Of a stretch of DNA of 64,000 nt, positions 26,101-37,809 are shown in pieces. This DNA comes from Balamuthia mandrillaris (lineage: Eukaryota). The DNA lies in contig JAVKOQ020000001.1 of assembly GCA_031835245.2 (NCBI GenBank), positions 310,001 through 374,000 on the forward strand. Reading direction: 5' to 3'. The notes under the pieces were generated by a model. That model was not told the DNA's origin. It worked only from the letters and a program-made list of their open reading frames with translations, and did not search any database. How positions within the stretch are numbered: position 1 is the stretch's first letter; each line of letters starts with the position of its first letter. The position numbers were made by a program, and so were the translations under genes.

Positions 26101-26534
26101 CTCATTTTCTGTTCTCCTTTCTCCTTTTCCTCCTACCTCCTTTCTTCTCTCTCCATCTTTTCTTTCTGACATTTAAAAAACAAACAACCAGAGAGCCGCA
26201 TATGATAGTGATGTACTTCAACCAATTGATGCAACACAACAAAGATGCCACGCTGACCATGCTCACCTCTCTCATCCAACGAAGAACGGACCTGGACAAA
26301 GGCAAGATGAAGGAAGCGATCGAGGCGTGCACCCAAGCGGCTGCCAGTATACAAGAAAAGAGAGACAACAACGAAAAGGAGAAAGGAGAAGACACAGAGG
26401 GAAGAGAGAAGAACACGCTGGATGCTTCCCCGAGAGAAAAGACTACAGGATTCTTTGCGGATGTCTCCACACCAACGCTTTCCTCGAAACTTCAGTCGGT
26501 GCAAAACTTATTGAAGAAAGAAGATAGAAAGTGA
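23168..26534 (+). CDS. SEC6: Exocyst subunit Sec6/EXOC3, multi-exon
   Basis: N-terminal coiled coil KLDLLRR..RAQLKAMVQAQL; PERLVQAVQVIEQE; VLPCFP..YHERL; ALINNY; IFEDLEEALKMLFKKEWY..IIETLKDYF; LIQRRTDL. Confidence 0.9.
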
Positions 26535-26600
26535 TCACCATTAAAGAAGAAAGAAAGAAGTGATTATTGACAAAGACGAAAGAGAAGCTAAAGTTATGGT

Positions 26601-27568
26601 TTACGAAGAAGAGGCGGCGCTGCGAAGCAAATCAAAGATCTCTTGAGAGGGAGCGCAGTCGATGGCACGAAAGTCGTCCTTGGAGGTGATATCGGTGCTT
26701 GCTCCTTTCTGGAGCAACAACCGAACGGCATCCACGTTTCCTTCTTGTGTTGCATTGTGCAACTTTTTGTTTCGTTGGTTTTGTTGCATGTAAATAAAAA
26801 GCAAGAAGAACGTGAAGAGAGAAGCAGAGAGAATTAAAGGGAGATAAGATACGAACAGCGGTCTCGCCGAGCTTGTTCTGTTTGTCGAGAGGGCAGCCCT
26901 TTTGGAGGAGCATGTCAAGGATGCGAGTGTTGCCGTTGGTGGCCGCTCGGTGCAATGGAGTGCAGCCGCTCACGTCTACCGGGTTGGTGCGGGCCCCTGC
27001 GGATAGCAGCGCCTCCACTATGTCCTCCCGCCCCTTGCTGCTCGCATAATGCAATGCCGTTCTGTGGCACCAGTGTGTATCATCATGTTAGCATTCCTCT
27101 TGCGTTCGAAGCAATGCCTACCTCTCCTTCTCCTTCTCTCCTTCCTGCTCCTCTTGGTAGAAAGCAAAGTACCTTTTGGTGTCATTGGCTTGGTTCACGT
27201 CGGCGCCGTTTTGGAGGAGGAAGCGGACGGCGTCCAGCTTGCCGGAGCTAGCCGCAGAGAGCAAAGGAGACCAGCCGCTGTCGTCCTGCGTGTCCACCGC
27301 GGCTCCTTTCCGCAGCAAATACTCCATCACAGGCACATGACCTCCTGCTGCCGCCCACTATAGGTCATTTTTTTTTAATCAGTGAGAAGAACGCTAGGAC
27401 AACAAAAGAAAGAGCAAAACGAACGTGAAAGGCAGTGCGCTCATCATCGTCGACACTACGCACGTCGCCGCCTTCCTGCTCCACCATCCTTTGCACAAGC
27501 TCCAGCTTGCCAGCAGCGGCCGCGTTGAAGAGTGTGTCCACTCCACCTGCTCTCACCGTATCCTGCAT
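26601..27568 (-). CDS. PSMD10: Gankyrin-like ankyrin-repeat proteasome chaperone, multi-exon
   Basis: Ankyrin repeats DDDERTAFHWAAAGGH, DDSGWSPLLSAASSG, LHYASSKG, GCTPLHRAATNG, GETALHNA, in the order and length typical of gankyrin/Nas6. Confidence 0.8.
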
Positions 27569-27745
27569 CTCTATGCTTTTTGTTGTTTTTTTTTGTAATT
27601 TTTGCTGTTTAAATGTTTGGTTCAAGAACCCCCCCTCACATGAGAGCACCCCAACCCACCCACGAGAGAAGAACAAACAAACCTTCGCTGTCTCTCTCTG
27701 CTGTGTTTCCACTTGACTCTTCGTTGGTGTTTCCAGCTATTTTCT

Positions 27746-27825
27746 GTCGACTGGTTTTCACGTCGACACTAATACGACTCATGTCGACGTTGAGGAAAGA
27801 ATTCCACGATTTCTTTTACGTCGAC
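27746..27825. promoter_or_regulatory. Cluster of four GTCGAC palindromes in the gankyrin/eIF2B-epsilon divergent promoter
   Basis: Copies at 27746, 27762, 27783 and 27820; function is inferred. Confidence 0.5.
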
Positions 27826-27917
27826 TTTTGGTTGAGGGGTCTACGGTTATGACTTGAAAGATAATGCAAAAAAAGCTCAAAAAGAAAGCTGAAGAGAAGA
27901 GAGAAGAGAAGAGAGAG

Positions 27918-28261
27918 ATGTCTGGCGGCGGCGCACCCAAGGTGCAACAGGTGTTGCAGGCGGTCGTTCTGGCCGATAGTTTTGACACTAAGTTTGCTCC
28001 CGTCACGTTTGAAATGCCACGGGTTGGGTTAACCTCTTTGCCTCCACTGCTTTTTTTTTTTAAAAAAAACTAACAGCAAAAAAAAAAAAAAAACAAATGT
28101 AGTCGCTTTTGCCGCTGGTCAATCTGCCTACGTTGGACTACACGCTAGAGTTTTTGGTCTCTGCTGGCGTGCAAGAAATAATAGTGTTTTGTTGTTGGAA
28201 AGCTGCTCTCATCCAAAATTATCTCAGGTTTCTATTCTATATATATATTTTTATTTTTTCC

Positions 28262-28300
<39 letters not shown>

Positions 28301-30948
28301 TCCGTTGGCATCTGTTTTGGTTACTTACAAATGACCACAAAGTAACTCCAAGTGGAGCACTTCGCCCAACCTTACGCTGAAGACGGTGGTCTCGACCAAA
28401 TGCACCAGCACCGGAGACGCGTTGCGGGAGATCTACAACCTCCAGATCATCAACGCGGACTTTATTCTCATCAGCGGCGACGTTATTTCCAACATGAAGC
28501 TCGATGGAGTGTTGAAAGCTCACAAGTAATCTACTCTTCTTCCATCCCTTCTCTGGCTTTGCTAGCTACTCTTTTTTTTGTAGTCTTTGCGTTAACGCAA
28601 AGCCCTAAATATTATAGAGATCGAAGAGCGAAAGACAAACGAGCTATCATGACGGTTGTTTTCAAGAAGGCAGCTCCAACGCATAGGACACGCTCGCAGG
28701 AGGACGACAGCATCGTGGTGATCGATCCTACCTCCGGCCAGCTGCTTCACTACGAGAACGAGCCCAAACAAAAGTCGATGTATTTGGATGTTGATGCCTT
28801 TGAGGAACACTCTTCGGTTCAGTTTCGCTATGACTTGTTGGACTGTCGAATCGACATTTGCTCACCCGAGGTAACGTTGAATTTACTATCTTCTCTCTCT
28901 CTCTCTCTCTTCTCTCAAGCTATTTTTGTTATTATTTTTCCAAAAGAATTCTCATTATGGCGTTTTTTAACAAACAAGGTGCTTCAAGTGTGCGCTGACA
29001 ACTTCGACTACGATGACCTCCGACAAGACTTTATCATTGGAGTTGTTAATGATGAGGTTTACAAATATAAGATCTTCACTCACACCATTTCAAACGAATA
29101 TGCTGCACGAGTCAACATTTTACAGACCTATGCCTCTGTCAGGTTAGACTCTCTCTCTCACTCACTCGCTTTATGTGGCCTAATTCCTGTATTAGTAAGG
29201 ACATTATGTATCGGTGGAGTTATCCAATGGTCCCGGATTGTAATTTCATGGGAACCACATCCTTCTCCTATTATCGCTCCAATGTTTACAAAGAAGAAAA
29301 CATAAAACTTGCCAGGTGCGCTCTCTCGCTCTTGCTCTCTCTCTCTCTCTCTCAATGCAATAATTTTATTTAATCTATTTATTAACATTATGACCACAAA
29401 GATCATGTGTTATTGGCAGAGAGACAGTGTTAGGAGAGGGCACAGAAGTCGGAGAAAATACTCATATCTCCCATACTGTTATTGGCAGAAACTGCAAAAT
29501 TGGTTTAGTTCTACTCCTTCCGTCATCTCATTGTTCATTTCGTGTCCTCTATGTTATTACGAAATGTTTAACATGGTACAAATATTAGGGAAAAACGTGA
29601 ACATTCAAGGCTCATTTTTGTGGGATGATGTGGTCATTGAGGACGGGGTCACCATCTCCAACTCTCTTCTTTGCAATGACGTGAAAGTTTTGCAAAACGC
29701 CACTATCAGTAAGGGCTGCATCTTATCCTACAAAGTGATCGTAGGAACGGGCTTTTTGTTGGAGCCGTTCAGCAAGCTCACTCGGTGCCAAATGGAAGGC
29801 GCAGTGGAGACCAGTTTAGGCAAAGGGGGCGAAGGTCTTCGGTGGATAGAAAAAGACCGCATGTCTCAACTCGGTATGTACACCGAACAGGAAGAACGCC
29901 TAAAAGAGAAAAATGAGAGGCGAGAGATGAGGAAGACGCTCAAAACTAACGTTGTGTTTTTTTGTAATAACAGTGCCGACAGGAGGTTATTTGGTTGGTG
30001 CAGACTCTGGATCAGATTCCGAATCAGAGTCAGAAAGCGAAAGTGAAAACGGAACACAGGCGCCAATTATTGATAGCGAAGAAGAGGCTCGACGTACGTT
30101 TTCTCTTTCTTTTCCCTAAGGCAAATATTATTAAATCTAATGCTGCTTTGTTACAGGATGGGTGTCGGAGGTAGGAGCAACAGTGCGTCGTGCTGTGGAA
30201 GAAAACCACGCCCTAGAAAATCTTAGGCTCGAAACTAAAACTCTCAAACTTACGTTTGAGAACCGAACATTTTATGACTGTACGTTTTTCCTTTCATCTT
30301 CTCTCTATGTCTGCATTTCGTATCTCACCTCCTCTCTCTCTCTCTCTCTCTCTCTCAACTTGCTTCCAAAACCAAAAAAAGGTGCTTTGGTGGTGCTTCC
30401 AACGTTGCTGGACATTGCACAGGAAAATAAAAAGGTGGATGTCTCCAAATCCATTCCCACCATTCTTCGGAAGTGGGGAGGCCTCATGGAGGGCTATCTT
30501 AGTTCTTTGGAAGAAGAAATGGGTCTCATTGCCTGCGCTCAGGTAAATGATTGTTATTCTCGTTATTGTTTCTCTCTGTTTCTTTTTCTTCCTTTCTGGC
30601 ATCTAATATTTCTATAAAAACAAAATAAAGAAATACGCAGAGGAGAATGCAGACGTGGCAAAAGCCTTTCAACTTATCTTGCATTCGCTGTATGACATTG
30701 AAATCTTGGATGAGGATGCCATTTGGGAGTGGGTCGACAAACAAAAGGAATCATCCGAACCTCAGTCGCAACGCTTCCTTAAACAGGTCCGTCTTTGTTA
30801 TGTTGTCTTTTTTCCCGAAAATGTTTTTACTGAGCAACCCATTTGTATCGCCGCACAGTGTGCTCCGTTCTTGAAGTGGCTGGAAGAAGCGGACGAAGAA
30901 GGTTCTGGAGAAGACGAGGATGATGACGATGAGGATGAAGACGACTGA
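27918..30948 (+). CDS. EIF2B5: Translation initiation factor eIF2B epsilon subunit, multi-exon
   Basis: [47 protein letters not shown], hexapeptide repeats, W2 domain [26 protein letters not shown]. Confidence 0.96.
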
Positions 30949-31012
30949 AAAAAAAAAACTAGTCTCCTACTGCACAAGAATAAAAAGAAAGTCGTCTTCT
31001 CTTAAAACTTAT

Positions 31013-34000
31013 TTACTTTATACTCTTCTTTCGTTGCAAGAGGCCAAGCGTTACTGCATCTTTCGGCACGCGTTCCTTTTCCATTCGTTCGCGCACCCGC
31101 TGAAACCTCTTCTCGTCCTGTACGCTAGCCTGCAGCGCTATATTGTAAACGGCTGTATCAGGCGGAATGTTGAATTTTGCAAAGTCCCTTTCGACCCCAG
31201 CAGCATCCCCTTTTGCTCTCCTTGCTAGCATCAACGCCCTGAGTTGCGGGGTGGTCGGGCGTTTGCCTTCCTTCACCATTTCACCGAGCGCCCTCTCCGC
31301 CTCCTCCACCATGCCGTACTTGGCGTACTGGAACAGGCAGGCGGTCCGAAAAATTTCGGGATTGCGTGCAGGGTGAAAGCTTTCGTCGTACTCCTCCTTC
31401 TCTTTTTCCGCTTCATCGTCATCATCCTCTTCCTCTTCCTCTTCCTCATCCTCATCCTCTTCCTCTTCCGCTTTTGCTCTTTGCTGCTTGATCTGTTCCA
31501 ACAAAGACATAAAGGCGGCCTTGGTGGGAGCAGCAGTGAGGGCATGAGCAAAGACAATATCATTGGGATTCAATGGCCACTTGCTACTCATCTCCTGAAA
31601 CACGTCCCAGGCAACATCTGGCATCGCTCTGCATAGCAACATGATAACTCCTCGGTAAGTGGTTCGGTCGGGCTGTCCCTCCAAGTTGAATTCTTCCTCC
31701 CTTTTGAGCTTGGTCCAAAGCTGATGTCCGTACTTCACGCTTTTCGTTTGGATAAACAGTTTGAAGAGCCAGTTATAGCAGGTAGTGTTAGGCAGAATAT
31801 TGTGCTTCTCCTCGAAACGGCGCACGGTTGCAATAGCAGCTGATGCATCACCTGCACGAGCGTAAAAGGACAGCAAGGTGGCCAAAATGTTGGCATTGGG
31901 TTTCACGTTTTCATCACGGAAAAAGTCCAACATGCGAAAGATGGTTGGTCGAAGTTGTTTCGTTTGAGGAGGCGGAAGGGAATTACTGTTGTTGTTGTCG
32001 TGGCGTTTGAAAGATGTATGACATATCTGTTCGATAAGGAGTCGAAGACAAGCGGAAAAGGTCGCTTGGTCGGGCTGTAATCCTGCACGTTTCATTGTTT
32101 CTAGTACTTGAAATGGATCACACCAGGATCGGTCGTCATGTACGTTGTAGTCTTGGCTCGTTAATGACTGAAGTAACAGAGTGTATTCCGTGACTCCCAG
32201 TTTGACGGAACTTGTGCGTTGCAAGAGCTGAAAGAAAGGGGGTATCCAGCTCGACTTGCTTTCGTCTCTAATCAAAGCGTGAAGCATTGCGACAGCGGTT
32301 GCCGAGTAAAACTCTTTGTTTTCATCTCCTGAGAAGAGCTCGTGAAAGGTTTGAAGGAGGATTTCGCAGCTGTCAAAACTTTGGAGGAAGGAAGAGGAGA
32401 TGGTGAGTGCAAGGGTTGCTTGTTCTTCTGCCATCACACGTAATAACGCGGCGAGTTGGGCGGGAGGAAGAAGGATCTTGCCCTCCTGTTTGCTGTTCGC
32501 CAGAAACCGAAACAAGTAGTGGAAGAACTTTCCAGTTGGCTTCACTCCATTCTCTTTCATCATCACTATCATCGGTGTGAGTTTATCTACAACATTTTCG
32601 ATTGTTGATAAGCCGTTGTCAGCCTTTGTGGGAGAAGAAGAAGAAGAAGAAAGAAGTAATGGCAGCATCAGCGAGTAACTGTGTTCATCAAGTGCGTTCG
32701 TCCCATAGGAGCTTGCAATCTCCTGTACCAGCCCCATCACTCTCTCCAAATCTCTTTCCTTGGTATAATGTTCCAGAAATGCGCTGTAGATATGTAAAGG
32801 AGGGATTTGAGACCGAAATAAACATCCATCGCGGTCGTCCTTCTGCAACTCTCGTAGCAAAGCATTTGCCGCATCTTCCTCTCCACGGCGAAGATAGAGC
32901 CGCACCAAAGCAGCGCACACTCGCTGAAACTCGTGTGCGTACGAGCCTCGGCCTTCATCTCCTGACCTCAGGGAGCGGCAATGCAGTTGATAAACCTCCG
33001 TTACTAAATTCTTTAGCTTTGTTTCTTCGTTAAGATGGCTGTAAGCGATCGCCAGATTTACGAAAACCGCTCTATCCAACCAATCCTTTTTCTCCTCTTG
33101 CTCGTCCTTTTCTTCCAGATTGTTCTGTTGTTGCCGAGAAGAAACGTGCTTTTCCAAAAACGAGCGCTCCTCCTTAAGTTGTTCCAAGAGAATAACAGCT
33201 CTATCCCACAGGCGATGTCTCATGAAAAGTTGGGCCAAAGGAAAAGCTGATACGCCCAGCCAATTGTGGCGCTCTCTGCCGTCGCGTTGAAGGCTATCGT
33301 AGGCAGCAATAGCGCTCTTTACGTCATTCACCAGGCAGAAGATCCGCAGAAAGGCAGCATAGGCCTGAGGATCTCCTGTTCCTTTCTCTTGCAGCTCACG
33401 AAACAATGATTGAAGAAGTCCTAGAACGGGAGAAAGAGAAGGTGATGCCTCATGTAGCTTCTGCTGTTGCTGTATTCTCTTGTGAAAGAGTTGAGCGAGT
33501 GTGGTGTAGGTTATGGAATCTTTGGCGTGTCCTGAACAGTTGAGCTTGTATAACACCAGGTTGAGGCTCTTTCTGGAGTGAGGCGCGAATCTGCGAAGGT
33601 GCTGCAGCAATTTGTTGTAATCTTTGATACTTTCCGAGCCAGCTACCGCCAACGCCGCTACCGCCTCTTCCACCAACAATACCTGTTGCTCGTGAATCCG
33701 TTCTTTCTCTACATCTTCTCCATCTCCCCCTCCTTTCTTCCCTTCTCGGTTGTACATGAGGTAATTGAGCAGCGACAAGCGGCTTCTATGTCCAAGGAAA
33801 GACAATAGCTGTTTCATGGAGATGATTCCCGATGAGCCATGGAGAGAGCGCTCCTTAGTCAACTGACTCTTGGCCGCGTTCAACAGCTCCTCCGCTGAGA
33901 GAGCCTTCCACTCCTCTGGCCACCGCCCCTCATGGTAGTGTCTTGGCCGCTTCCTCCATTTGGCAGCCCCACCTTCCTCCATTTCATCGTCATCACCATA

Positions 34001-34498
34001 GTCAAATGTTGCATCAAAATGGGCTCTTTCCGCATTTGCCCAAGGATCGTAAGCCTCTTCATGTTGTTCTTCTTGTGCTTCTTCTTCTTCCTCCTCTTCG
34101 TTTAGTTCTGCTGGAAGGGCCGAAGTAGAGGAAGAAAGAAGTATCCTTGTGCTACACTGATAGAGGCGTCTATGGTTGCTGCCGCTTTGAGGGGGATGAA
34201 GTTGCTTGCTTTTGGTGTGTGTCAGAGACGAAGAACGCACAGAGGAGAAGAACGAAAAGAAGGGGAGCGAAGACGCGCGGAAACAAGTAGAGGAGCGCGT
34301 AGCCGCATGCCGCACTGATGTCGGAAAACCAAGACGAGTTCGCACAGACGACGGGGAAGCAGAAGCACGCTGCACAAAGAAAAGAGGAAGAGTTCCATTC
34401 CCGTGGAACTGACGACCACGAAAAGAGCAGCGGTGCTGCCCACTCGCAGAACACCGTGCAAGGAAGGGACCCCGCTTCGCCGCCGCTTCCAGTATCAT
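31013..34498 (-). CDS. Pentatricopeptide-repeat (PPR) protein, probably mitochondrial, intronless 1161 aa
   Basis: Arg/Ser-rich, acid-poor N-terminus; repeats such as GLQPDQATFSACL, VKPNANILATLLSFYARAGD, LPNTTCYNWL, QPDRTTY, IPPDTAVYNIAL, VPKDAVT. Confidence 0.88.
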   Translation of the reverse strand: MILEAAAKRGPFLARCSASGQHRCSFRGRQFHGNGTLPLFFVQRASASPSSVRTRLGFPTSVRHAATRSSTCFRASSLPFFSFFSSVRSSSLTHTKSKQLHPPQSGSNHRRLYQCSTRILLSSSTSALPAELNEEEEEEEAQEEQHEEAYDPWANAERAHFDATFDYGDDDEMEEGGAAKWRKRPRHYHEGRWPEEWKALSAEELLNAAKSQLTKERSLHGSSGIISMKQLLSFLGHRSRLSLLNYLMYNREGKKGGGDGEDVEKERIHEQQVLLVEEAVAALAVAGSESIKDYNKLLQHLRRFAPHSRKSLNLVLYKLNCSGHAKDSITYTTLAQLFHKRIQQQQKLHEASPSLSPVLGLLQSLFRELQEKGTGDPQAYAAFLRIFCLVNDVKSAIAAYDSLQRDGRERHNWLGVSAFPLAQLFMRHRLWDRAVILLEQLKEERSFLEKHVSSRQQQNNLEEKDEQEEKKDWLDRAVFVNLAIAYSHLNEETKLKNLVTEVYQLHCRSLRSGDEGRGSYAHEFQRVCAALVRLYLRRGEEDAANALLRELQKDDRDGCLFRSQIPPLHIYSAFLEHYTKERDLERVMGLVQEIASSYGTNALDEHSYSLMLPLLLSSSSSSPTKADNGLSTIENVVDKLTPMIVMMKENGVKPTGKFFHYLFRFLANSKQEGKILLPPAQLAALLRVMAEEQATLALTISSSFLQSFDSCEILLQTFHELFSGDENKEFYSATAVAMLHALIRDESKSSWIPPFFQLLQRTSSVKLGVTEYTLLLQSLTSQDYNVHDDRSWCDPFQVLETMKRAGLQPDQATFSACLRLLIEQICHTSFKRHDNNNSNSLPPPQTKQLRPTIFRMLDFFRDENVKPNANILATLLSFYARAGDASAAIATVRRFEEKHNILPNTTCYNWLFKLFIQTKSVKYGHQLWTKLKREEEFNLEGQPDRTTYRGVIMLLCRAMPDVAWDVFQEMSSKWPLNPNDIVFAHALTAAPTKAAFMSLLEQIKQQRAKAEEEEDEDEEEEEEEDDDDEAEKEKEEYDESFHPARNPEIFRTACLFQYAKYGMVEEAERALGEMVKEGKRPTTPQLRALMLARRAKGDAAGVERDFAKFNIPPDTAVYNIALQASVQDEKRFQRVRERMEKERVPKDAVTLGLLQRKKSIK

Positions 34499-34559
34499 TC
34501 GTTCGTGTGTGATTGTTGTTTCTGCGATGGGTTGAGAAGGGCCTTAAGTTTTTATGACG

Positions 34560-34593
<34 letters not shown>

Positions 34594-34760
34594 CACACCC
34601 TTTCCGTTACGCTCTTTTTCTTTCTGCTACTTTGAGAGGCTAATATTATTCAATTCCCATTTTAAGGCCTTTCCATAGGTAGTCTTGCCCAACCTCATAT
34701 ATATAATATTGTGATTTATCATATTTGGTTAATTTGTCGACATCTGTAAGAAGCAAAGGA

Positions 34761-35231
34761 ATGGAGAGTAGCAGAAACGTAGCGGCGGAGCAGCAGGAGG
34801 GTGATGGAGTGGAACCCCAACAAGGAGAGGAACCCGTGGAACAAGAACAACTCAAAAGAGAACATATCTCCCAACTTCTCGAACTAGCGCGCAACAGTCT
34901 CGGTAAAAAACTCGGATCCGTAGAGGCACTGCGACACACCACGGGCAGCGAGCTGGGCGTGCTGCGCGCCCTCAGCGCCGCCAAGGAACAGCACCGACGG
35001 GTGGTGGCCGCCAGGGAGCGGCCCGGCCCCAATTGGGAGCTGCTCTGCCCGCCGACCGACCTCCAGGAGGAGAGCTCCCTCCTGGCCGAAGGGCAGAGGC
35101 AGCAGGTCATCCTGGACGCCGCCAGGGATGGCAGCAGCTACGCCTGCCCGCAGTGCAACGGCTTGATTAGCATGAGGAGGAGAGAGCAGCACCAGCTGTG
35201 GTGTTCTCCCACGTCCTCCTCCTCTTCTTAA
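34761..35231 (+). CDS. Small protein with C-terminal C2HC zinc finger
   Basis: SLLAEGQRQQVILDAARDGSSYACPQCNGLISMRRREQHQLWC (CxxC..H...C); GC-rich intronless ORF. Confidence 0.7.
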   Translation: MESSRNVAAEQQEGDGVEPQQGEEPVEQEQLKREHISQLLELARNSLGKKLGSVEALRHTTGSELGVLRALSAAKEQHRRVVAARERPGPNWELLCPPTDLQEESSLLAEGQRQQVILDAARDGSSYACPQCNGLISMRRREQHQLWCSPTSSSSS

Positions 35232-35578
35232 TCACCAGGACCAACAAAAAAAGAGAACCACAAAGTAAGAGAGAGAGAAGAAAGAGACCGCTTGGCTGCA
35301 GAACAGTTCAGCACGCACTCACAACACGGAGACTACCATGCCAAGCCTTCAAGAGAGGATAAACAACCTTCTTCGTTTCCCTTCGCATTGTGCGATTGTA
35401 AAAGCAAGAAGACAAAACAAAAAAGAAGCGAGCAGCTTATTGACTTGTTCTCTTCGGCAAAAAACAAAGCCATTGTTACACCTCTGTAAACACTGAGAGA
35501 GAGGGAGTGAGAGTGAGAGAGCGAGAGAAGAAAGCCTTTCCAATTGGAATGCAAAAAGGCGTCAAGGCGATGGCTCGC

Positions 35579-35964
35579 TCATGGGGAGAGTCGCCAATCG
35601 ATGGGAGAGAGGCCTTGCTTTTGAAGGAGGTTATTGCACGTGGAGAAGTGTTTGCACCCCAAGAATGCAGTGCCAGCCTTTTTATTTTGAAAACGCAAAA
35701 TGAGAAAAGAAGAACAAGGGAGAAGAAGCAGCACAAGAAGAAGAAGAAGAAGAAAAAGAAGATGAAGAACAAGAACAAGAAGAAGCAAAAGCAGGAGAAG
35801 AGAATAAATAAATACCAAAGGAGAAGGGTGAGCTCCTTTGAGGATGATATGTTTGGAGGTATACACAAGCTCTCCTTTCTTCTGGGCAAAAGCACCCCAT
35901 AGTAAATAAACAACTCCAGTTTTTCTCTCGTTCAGAATCCTATAATAAAAAGTGAGAAGAGAGT

Positions 35965-35999
<35 letters not shown>

Positions 36000-36538
36000 A
36001 AAGAGGGGATAGACCTTATAACAGCGTCGGTGAAAGTTTGCCAACCAAGCTTTGCGTGACTATTTGCGGCTCCACGACGAACAGTAAGGCTGCGCACAAA
36101 ACAATCAAGTGTTTTAGTTAGTGAAAAAGTTGAACAAGGAGGGAAAGAAGCAAAGACACGCTTACGTTGCGTTAAGCATCAATACGCCTTGATGTGCCCA
36201 TTCCTCCAAGCAACCGTGTTGTGGTCTTTGAAATCCAGGAATGTCGTCCTCAAGTTCCTATAGAGGTGCATTACAGAAAAGACGAACAGCGTACATAAAA
36301 GATCAATAAGAAGACAAGGAAATAGTAAAATAAAACGAAGCGAAAGAGTGCAAAACAAACGCTACCTTATACATCTGTCGCAATGAGGGAGGCACAGGAC
36401 AACCCCTCTTCACGGAAAAGCAAATGCCATGCGCCTGGTCCGGATTGAAGTAAGGGTCTTGCCCGAGGATAACCACCTTCACTTTGTCCAACGGAGTATA
36501 GTTGAAAGCATTCATTATGTCCTGATGATGGATATCGT

Positions 36539-36580
<42 letters not shown>

Positions 36581-37406
36581 AATACTTCAAACGAACAAAA
36601 CAGAAACAAAGAAAAGAACAAAACGAACCTGGACAGGTGGGTAGATTTCGATGCCAGATGCTTGCTCCTGCTCCAACGCTTTGACAATCTCTTTGAAGTA
36701 CGGCTTGTTGAACTCAGGTTCCAAGACTTTACGCCATCCCTCATCTTTGATGCTGTGAAGCAAGTTTGAATAGCTAAGAGCATCTGTTTCTTTCTGCTTC
36801 TCCTCTTCTTTCTGTGGTGCAAGAGAAGCAAAAGGAGCAGCGGTGGAAGAAAAAGATGGCAACGACGTCACAAAAGGATTAGCGGTTGTTGGGGTTGTTG
36901 CAAAGGAGAACGAAGAGGGAAGGCTGTTGGTAGAGGTTATTGATGACACAGGGAACGAAGGCAGAAGAGAGGCCGAAGGAAAAGGCATGGTTGTGGAGGC
37001 TTTGCTGTGGCGAGAAGGGGGAAGCTTGGCCAACTTGGAGGAGGAAAAGGGGATGGGGTGGCTCACGTAATTGGGCTCTTGTGTTGAGGCTGTTATTTTA
37101 ACAGTTAAAAAAGAGCACCCGGAGCAGAGAGCAGAAGAGAGGAGAGAGCAGGAGAGAAACGTAACTACGACAGAGAACACGCAGCGAGTCGACCAACTCC
37201 TCCTCATCTTGCTCCAGCTGGAAGGCGTGGAAGCAGGCCAACACGTTGGCGTCCTTGCTATGCAGGATCAAGTTCTTGAGCTGCGTTCGTTCGACAGAGG
37301 AGATCTTGTGGCTCTGATGAAGCGAAGACACCATCAACAGCAACGGTGTCAGCTCTGATCGGCAACCTCTTTCTGCCTGTTTAACAGCTTCAACGACGCC
37401 AAGCAT
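35579..37406 (-). CDS. UNG: Uracil-DNA glycosylase family 1 with N-terminal extension, multi-exon
   Basis: [91 protein letters not shown]. Confidence 0.95.
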
Positions 37407-37809
37407 GATGTGTAACCCAACCTGGCACCACTTGTTCTCTCGCTCTTTGATCCGACCCAAGTGTTCTTGCCCTTGTCCCCCTTTGTTTCTCTCTCTCTCT
37501 CTCTCTCTCTCCTTGCGTTCTTTGTTTCTCTCCAGAATGAATTCTTGGAAATTTTAACATTCGGAAGTTTCATAGAAACTTATTTTTGTGGACATGAACT
37601 TTTGTTTTTCTTATTTGCTTAAACAAAGTTTTGCTCCCCTTTTTCTCTTCTATTTTTCCTCTCAGAAACACTCGCTTGGCAGTACGTACCAACAACAACA
37701 ACAACAACAAAAAGGCCAACACACCTATTTTTTTTTTTTTTTTTGTGTCTATCTTTTCATTGGCAGCAACCCCCTTCCACGCTCAACCCTCCCTCACCTA
37801 ACAACAGCT

